Of a DNA stretch of 40,122 nt, positions 34,823 to 40,122 are shown piece by piece; position 1 is the first letter of the stretch; every line of letters starts with the position of its first letter. The notes below the pieces were generated by a model that saw only the letters and a list, made by a program, of their open reading frames with translations, was not told where the DNA came from and ran no database searches. Origin of the DNA: a virus (Duplodnaviria > Caudoviricetes); IMG/VR virus record IMGVR_UViG_3300033434_000011, positions 1-40,122 of that record. One strand, written 5' to 3'. Made by a program: the position numbers and the translations under genes.

Positions 34823-34985
34823 GTTGATTTCCTCCAAATTTATTAGTTGAATCGTAATTATTACAATTGATCATTGGTTTATCTTCCAGGCAGCCGTCAC
34901 AATGATGGCAGTCATTAGGACCGCCGTCTGGAATTATCAACCAGCATGTCCTGCATTGGCACTCCTTGCAAATTTCCTTTGCCAT
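34815..34985 (-). CDS. Small Cys-rich protein (56 aa)
   Basis: MAKEICKECQCRTC...DCHHCDGC; overlaps neighbouring starts and stops. Confidence 0.55.
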   Translation of the reverse strand: MAKEICKECQCRTCWLIIPDGGPNDCHHCDGCLEDKPMINCNNYDSTNKFGGNQHE

Positions 34986-35971
34986 TATTGTTGTCCCCCT
35001 TGTTCAATTTTGGCAAAATGCTCAAATTCAAGTTTTAGCGTGTTACATTCATCGTAGGTAAGTTGCGCTGGTGGTCTACCAAATCTCGTGTGGATATACC
35101 CTGGGATTCCATTTGGATCCCATCCACCATTGTTCCATGCCAATATAATTTCTTGTTCAAAGGCAATGAATCCATGCATCTGAGGTGGTAAAAATGGTGC
35201 CTGTGTCTGTTGATACTGTGGTACTGCCTGCTGCTGGTACCCACCATTCCACTGTTGCTGGCCTTGGTAATATTGTGGCTGCTGATCAATCCCCATCCCT
35301 AACCATTGCATTAATTCGATTCCGGTATTTTCATCCGGAGTGAAGCATTTACCGTCAAATAAACGAGTTCTATCCTTACCAGATGTGGCAGTATGCCTTT
35401 CATTATCCATATCCAGTACTACAGTAAACTCATATTCAAGACCGGCACGCTGTACAGGTTCCATACCCTTTTTTACTGGAATGATCTTGCCTTTTTCGTC
35501 TTTTTCCATTTCGTAAGCGGTCTTGGCTCTCATAGTCACAATGATATGAATGGAAGACTGCAGAATGGCGTCTATAAATTTGTCATGCAATGGCGTAGCA
35601 TCTCGCCAGCCATTAGTAAAAGAGTTCTTACCGCCTCGTTTATTGACCTCATCCAAAATACCGCCTTGCTTTGACCATGCATGGGATAAGCTATCAATAA
35701 TTAACACATCATATCCAGCTTCCTCAGCACCTTTGATAGCGCCAATATACTTATCTACTGAAAACGGTGGTGCAATTTCGGCAACATCATAGTCGGCAAT
35801 ATCACAATACAATTGACCGCTGCCATTTTCAGTATCGATAAGAGCGATTTTACCGCCCATGCCTTTTGCTATTTTTAATGCGGAATACGTTTTGCCTGAT
35901 CCGGATGGACCGCATAAGGCTAGTCTAAGTTTTGCTTTACGGCGTTCAGCCTTTTGGAAAATACTGCTCAT
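34985..35971 (-). CDS. AAA_24 / Sak4-like ATPase (recombination)
   Basis: GPSGSGKTYSAL, LIDTENGS, IIDSLSHAW, GLEYEF. Confidence 0.88.
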   Translation of the reverse strand: MSSIFQKAERRKAKLRLALCGPSGSGKTYSALKIAKGMGGKIALIDTENGSGQLYCDIADYDVAEIAPPFSVDKYIGAIKGAEEAGYDVLIIDSLSHAWSKQGGILDEVNKRGGKNSFTNGWRDATPLHDKFIDAILQSSIHIIVTMRAKTAYEMEKDEKGKIIPVKKGMEPVQRAGLEYEFTVVLDMDNERHTATSGKDRTRLFDGKCFTPDENTGIELMQWLGMGIDQQPQYYQGQQQWNGGYQQQAVPQYQQTQAPFLPPQMHGFIAFEQEIILAWNNGGWDPNGIPGYIHTRFGRPPAQLTYDECNTLKLEFEHFAKIEQGGQQ

Positions 35972-36132
35972 GACGTTACCTTCTTTTTCGTGATTATAAT
36001 GGTATGTCCGTTCTTTAATGCCTCATCAATCAAGTCCATAGCATCACCATGTGTTTCAAAGGTAAATGATGGATTTTGGTTTGCAATAGTGACAACTATT
36101 TTTTCTTGTTCTTGCTTGCCAAAAATACTCAT
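35968..36132 (-). CDS. Small hypothetical protein (54 aa)
   Basis: RBS AAAGGAG, MSIFGKQEQEKIVV...; ATGA overlap. Confidence 0.55.
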   Translation of the reverse strand: MSIFGKQEQEKIVVTIANQNPSFTFETHGDAMDLIDEALKNGHTIIITKKKVTS

Positions 36133-36149
36133 TGTTTACGCTCCTTTCC

Positions 36150-36656
36150 CTAACCTATCCTTAAATGCTTACCAACTTCATACCTGACACCAGGTACTTT
36201 TAATCCAATCTTCAAATCTTGATAGAGCCGGTCATTATTGGGTATTTCCTGCTGTGGAATAATGTCGATATACTTTGCTGGTACAATGCTAGGATCATCA
36301 ACAATCACTGATCCACGACTGTTATTTTGTAGCCTTGCAGTAAACACACCGATTTTTACCCTGGCCAATCCAGCAGTTTCAAGACAACCTTTAAGATATG
36401 CCTTGACCGATTTAACCCGATTATCAATTGCCTTTTTAGATTCAGTAAGACGTTTAATTTCTTCCTCATAGGCTGGAATTTCTGACTCCCAATTTTTAAC
36501 CATTCGAATAATGGCAGCTGTTTTTTCTTCAATATCCATTAATTGAGTGCTGCCTTCGAGTGTATCAATTACAGTTTGTTGATCAAGGTTTTCCATATCT
36601 TCAAGTTGCTCTGATAACAGACGATATTCTTCCGCTAATTCATATAATTTGGGCAT
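36150..36656 (-). CDS. Siphovirus Gp157 family protein
   Basis: MPKLYELAEEY...DTLE..IEEK..EEIKRL, C-terminal HLRI. Confidence 0.9.
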   Translation of the reverse strand: MPKLYELAEEYRLLSEQLEDMENLDQQTVIDTLEGSTQLMDIEEKTAAIIRMVKNWESEIPAYEEEIKRLTESKKAIDNRVKSVKAYLKGCLETAGLARVKIGVFTARLQNNSRGSVIVDDPSIVPAKYIDIIPQQEIPNNDRLYQDLKIGLKVPGVRYEVGKHLRIG

Positions 36657-37735
36657 TAAAACTCACTCCTTCTTGTTTGACTAATGATTTCATACGACAT
36701 TCCCTGGGTAGCCATAAATATTTTTAACGCACCAGCCTGAGGAATCGTAACACCTGGTAATTTTAGAATTACATCATATGGTGTTTCGAATGTAGGAGGC
36801 ATAGGACGTGACACGGGTGGTAATGGTGGTAAATGAAAGGATGCTGGATTTAATATTTCATTTGGATAACGAATTTCAGTAGCTTCCCATTTAGGGCAAG
36901 GATCTGTGTCCTCAACCTCTTTACCGTAATTAGGGAAACCTATGCTATTATCATCAGGATGGTGTACATGATCTAATACTGGCGGTGATAACTCTACCTT
37001 AGGAGCAGCAGCCTTCGCTTCCATTTCAGCACGCTTTTGACATTCCGCTAAAATGATCCCAGGAATATCAGCTAGTTCTGCATTAACGATTAAATGAGCA
37101 ATATCGCTTGATGTAACAGGTGTTTTTAATCCCATTGAATGCACAGAACATACAGCCACAATCATTTCTTCTTTTTGCCGTTGCAGTTCTAAAGCCTCAT
37201 CGTTACGGCGTTGAGTTTCCAGCATTGAATTAATCTCAGCTACAATCTCTCTTTTCACAGTGGAAATTCTTGCTGTACGGTTTGTCCACTTTGATGGAAT
37301 AGTGATTTTGAAATACTCCTGTCGCACTCCCATATCTGTGGCCGTGGTTTGGGCAAACGTTTTTAATTGTTCTTCCAGATTTTTAATACGGTCATTTTCA
37401 TATTCAAGGATTTGCTTCTTAAGTGGAGCTTCTGCCTTTTCGATTAGCAGCAGTAGCTCTTTGACTTCCCCTTCAAACACCTTATAAGGCTCTTCCATTT
37501 TCTTCTTAACTGCTTTACGGAATCCGTCAACATCGGTTCTTATAGAAGCAATCTCTTTTTGTGCTGACTCCATACCTTTGAGGTTTTCCTCGGTAACAAC
37601 TAGACCAACGTATTTTTCGATATTGCTTTCAATATTCTGCTTAACTTCAGCAAAATTCCATTTAAATTCCTGGACGTTGGATATAATTTTCAGATCGGTA
37701 ACACTGCTGGATTCTTCCGTTTTTATTTCAGACAT
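36656..37735 (-). CDS. DUF1351-like coiled-coil protein
   Basis: WNFAEVK...KY.GLVVT, RKAVKK...PY..FE motif. Confidence 0.8.
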   Translation of the reverse strand: MSEIKTEESSSVTDLKIISNVQEFKWNFAEVKQNIESNIEKYVGLVVTEENLKGMESAQKEIASIRTDVDGFRKAVKKKMEEPYKVFEGEVKELLLLIEKAEAPLKKQILEYENDRIKNLEEQLKTFAQTTATDMGVRQEYFKITIPSKWTNRTARISTVKREIVAEINSMLETQRRNDEALELQRQKEEMIVAVCSVHSMGLKTPVTSSDIAHLIVNAELADIPGIILAECQKRAEMEAKAAAPKVELSPPVLDHVHHPDDNSIGFPNYGKEVEDTDPCPKWEATEIRYPNEILNPASFHLPPLPPVSRPMPPTFETPYDVILKLPGVTIPQAGALKIFMATQGMSYEIISQTRRSEF

Positions 37736-37931
37736 TATGGACCTCCTTCATTGCCTTATCTAAGACAGTTTTAAAACTGCCCTCTTTATTGATCTGCTGT
37801 TTCAACCAGGTAAGGGACGCTGGACGTTCTTGCACTGGATGTATAGCCTCTACAAATATCATTAATTGCGTTCTCCACAAATACTTAGCGGTAAGTGCGG
37901 TCATCTTTACCCCTCCATTGACTGTTGTCAT
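37728..37931 (-). CDS. Hypothetical protein
   Basis: Short ORF overlapping the DUF1351 start. Confidence 0.5.
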   Translation of the reverse strand: MTTVNGGVKMTALTAKYLWRTQLMIFVEAIHPVQERPASLTWLKQQINKEGSFKTVLDKAMKEVHNV

Positions 37932-37996
37932 GCGGTATGATACAATTTTTGTAATCTGATTTCCTAAGGGCCACTACTTGCGATAGTGGTCATTTT

Positions 37997-38305
37997 TCAT
38001 TTCCAATAATTAATCTTCAGTTCATCACCTGGATAAATTAACGAATTTGGTCTATTGGCAAATACTGTGTCATAATTCAGCTCGATAATCCCATGGTAAT
38101 ACTCACGAATATCACGCGGGCCATATTTGTTTTTCGCCATGTAGGTTTCGGATATGGACCATAATGTATCACCTGGCTGTACTATGTAGATTTCAGTGAC
38201 CAGTGTCCCTTTGGGTTCTGCATTACCACAACTTGCAAGGGTGACAATCAATAAACCTACTAAAGCGACTACTAACAGTACGTCTTTCTCTCGACGTGTG
38301 AACAA
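37997..38305 (-). CDS. Membrane-anchored LysM protein (YneA-like architecture)
   Basis: Hydrophobic N-terminus with LASC, YIVQPGDTLWSIS..IIELN..LIYPGDELKI; RBS AAGGAGG. Confidence 0.88.
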   Translation of the reverse strand: MFTRREKDVLLVVALVGLLIVTLASCGNAEPKGTLVTEIYIVQPGDTLWSISETYMAKNKYGPRDIREYYHGIIELNYDTVFANRPNSLIYPGDELKINYWK

Positions 38306-38511
38306 ATTATCACCTCCTTATACCAGCACAATGTGCTAACCCGTCCATTTTTCTGGTATGGTTTGCAATCATGCGCTGCAATTCATTACTAGGATCTCGA
38401 CCGTAAATTATTTTCAGGTTGTGAACCACCTTCCTTTCGTAGTAATACTGCATACGGGCTTCACGATTGCGGGATAAAATATTTTTCTCTGCCTCACTTT
38501 ACAAATTATTA

Positions 38512-38540
38512 CAAGGGTTTTCCTTCCTTCTTGTCGAAGT
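38512..38540 (+). promoter_or_regulatory. SigH-like promoter of the inverted gene
   Basis: CAAGGGTTT-12 nt-GTCGAAGT upstream of GGGGAGGTGA RBS. Confidence 0.4.
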
Positions 38541-38565
38541 GCGACGATAGGGGAGGTGATACACG

Positions 38566-39006
38566 ATGAATTTTGAAATTCAAACCGGTCCTAGTTTATC
38601 CGACTTATCAAAACCAAGTAAAAAACTTCAAGACATAATACAAGAAGCGACTAATAGCAACAGCGCTATAGGCATGTATGAAAGAATTGTTAATTTAATT
38701 AATGAATTTGAAAGTGATCTTGATAATGAATACGAGGCCGGCGCAAGATTAGTGTCATTTGGTCAATCAATCCAATTTCATATTATAGATGTCGGATATT
38801 GGAGTCCAAATCTAATTATTTTTTACGGTGCATTAGACGATGGCTCGCGGGTGCAACTTGTGCAGCACATGTCGCAATTAAGTTTTCTATTAATTGCAAT
38901 AAAGCGCCAGAACCCAAATCAGCCGCGGCGTATAATTGGTTTTTGTGATCAAAATGAAGAAGAATCAAACCAAGCTTGTGATCAATCTGCCGCAACAAGC
39001 GAATAG
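38566..39006 (+). CDS. DUF6173-like protein, opposite orientation to the early operon
   Basis: INEFESDLDNEYEAGARLVSFGQ...GYWSPNLIIFYG..QLVQHMSQLSFLL..RRIIGF; strong RBS. Confidence 0.85.
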   Translation: MNFEIQTGPSLSDLSKPSKKLQDIIQEATNSNSAIGMYERIVNLINEFESDLDNEYEAGARLVSFGQSIQFHIIDVGYWSPNLIIFYGALDDGSRVQLVQHMSQLSFLLIAIKRQNPNQPRRIIGFCDQNEEESNQACDQSAATSE

Positions 39007-39127
39007 TTTCTTTATCTGGTAGGCTAATATTTAATTCTTTATTGCTTGTAAGTTGTTGAACAAATCCAATTGTTACTTGCTGGCTTGAATCTTGACCATT
39101 CATGCCAGTTTCTTTTTTATCTGTCAT
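38816..39127 (-). CDS. Hypothetical protein convergently overlapping the DUF6173-like gene
   Basis: RBS AAGGGGTGA before ATG 39127. Confidence 0.4.
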   Translation of the reverse strand: MTDKKETGMNGQDSSQQVTIGFVQQLTSNKELNISLPDKETIRLLRQIDHKLGLILLHFDHKNQLYAAADLGSGALLQLIENLIATCAAQVAPASHRLMHRKK

Positions 39128-39211
39128 TTATTTCTCACCCCCTTTGCATAATATTTGATGTATACGCATATACTAGGATGGGAAAGTCTGCGCGGTTTTC
39201 GCTGATAAAAA

Positions 39212-39415
39212 TTAAATCCACGTTTCAACTATGACCGGATCATCACCTACGCTTGGTGCCAACCTGATAAACCCTGTTGGAATTGCTGACCTGACATCTG
39301 CTAACGTGTCCCCAACAATTACAACTTCAGTAGGTTTGCCAAAACTCCAAAGCCTTGCAACATACTTCCCTGGGTAATCACTTGGATTTTTATAGACGAC
39401 CATTATGGGAATCAC
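39212..39415 (-). CDS. Small phage hypothetical protein
   Basis: VYKNPSDYPGKYVAR...DDPVIVETWI; RBS AAAGGAG. Confidence 0.75.
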   Translation of the reverse strand: MIPIMVVYKNPSDYPGKYVARLWSFGKPTEVVIVGDTLADVRSAIPTGFIRLAPSVGDDPVIVETWI

Positions 39416-39437
39416 GTTTTATTGCTCCTTTCAGTCC

Positions 39438-39875
39438 TCATGTTTGAGGGCTATTTTTTATAACACCGGAGAAAATAGAACGACTTACTAGTTTTAAACA
39501 AGATTCCAATATAAAGCGAACTTCATCATGTGTTAACCCTTCATCACCAAGCAATTCCAGCAATAGATATGAAAGCTCTCTATGTTTTGGTACTATGGTT
39601 GCTGATAATTTAGGTTGCATAGGTTGGTATGAATAATTATGTGTGCAGTTACGGTTGCGAAAACCTTGCTGGATAATTCCCTCAGGACTAGAAGGACGTC
39701 CATAATTATTAGATAAAAATGGTAAACTATCTGTTGAACAATTCGGTAATCCACAATTAAACTTTCCACCTGTTTTCCAGCAATCACACACAGTTACTAA
39801 CTTTGCTTTGCATAGTGAACAAAAATTGCCTCTGGGTACTGCGGTTTTACAATGAGGACAAACTACTTGATTCAT
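39438..39875 (-). CDS. Zinc-ribbon hypothetical protein
   Basis: CPHC..FCSLC..CDCW..C..C; RBS AAAGGAG. Confidence 0.65.
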   Translation of the reverse strand: MNQVVCPHCKTAVPRGNFCSLCKAKLVTVCDCWKTGGKFNCGLPNCSTDSLPFLSNNYGRPSSPEGIIQQGFRNRNCTHNYSYQPMQPKLSATIVPKHRELSYLLLELLGDEGLTHDEVRFILESCLKLVSRSIFSGVIKNSPQT

Positions 39876-39892
39876 GTATTTATGCTCCTTTC

Positions 39893-40122
39893 CTAAACAC
39901 TAATTTCACTCTGCTCAAATTCCAGTATTGTTTGACCTGCGAGTTCAGCCATCCGACTAGTTATGAATTTGTAAGTTTTATGGTTTCCTCGATATTTTAA
40001 GTCTGAATCCTTTCGGATGTTAGCCAATATTTTCAAATCAGTTTCCTGCTCGATATCTGAATAAATATCATTTTTTCTATCAGCAAATACGCGCCGATTT
40101 CCGTCTTTGGTTTTAATCTTTC
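39893..40122 (-). CDS. 3' end of an unidentified gene entering from the window edge
   Basis: Open frame KIKTKDGNRRVFADRKNDIYSDIEQ...EISV* ending at 39893. Confidence 0.5.
   Translation of the reverse strand, partial: KIKTKDGNRRVFADRKNDIYSDIEQETDLKILANIRKDSDLKYRGNHKTYKFITSRMAELAGQTILEFEQSEISV

Larger units (their letters stand above)
1..40122 (-). mobile_element. Temperate-type siphovirus / prophage segment (early-replication to tail-tip modules); extends beyond both window edges
   Basis: Co-oriented genes in canonical order: replication, late regulator, terS, terL, portal, head, neck, tail, tape measure, tail tip. Confidence 0.97.

Noticed and set aside
1-40122. tRNA, rRNA, reverse transcriptase/DGR, integrase or lysis genes
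   Set aside because: None recognised by eye; small RNAs cannot be excluded without a covariance search

Overview
A 40 kb segment of a long-tailed (siphovirus-like) phage or prophage from a low-GC Bacillota host. Strong GGAGG/GGTGA ribosome-binding sites and a GTA/lambda-like tail tip suggest a diderm Negativicutes-type host (inference). Almost all genes are on the minus strand. Read from right to left: early, recombination and replication genes (LysM, DUF1351, Gp157, Sak4-like ATPase, SSB, SF2 helicase, PcfK/PcfJ, DUF3102, VRR-NUC, Dda/RecD-like helicase, Prim-Pol-DUF927 with an iteron origin), an ArpU/RinA-like late activator and promoter, terminase, portal and head genes, neck, tail and tail tip. 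No integrase, repressor or lysis genes were seen in the window. The standout feature is a 318-aa intein in the terminase large subunit. It has no endonuclease domain in its own frame. Instead, a complete HNH endonuclease gene with its own RBS is nested on the opposite strand, while the intein frame stays open throughout. Other points of note: an Acb2/Tad1-like sponge gene flanked by duplicated terminators in the tail operon, a prohead protease split over two genes, a probable -1 frameshift fusing the protease core to a MuF-like protein, and a decaying HNH-AP2 endonuclease. Family calls come from motif recognition only; no database search was run.
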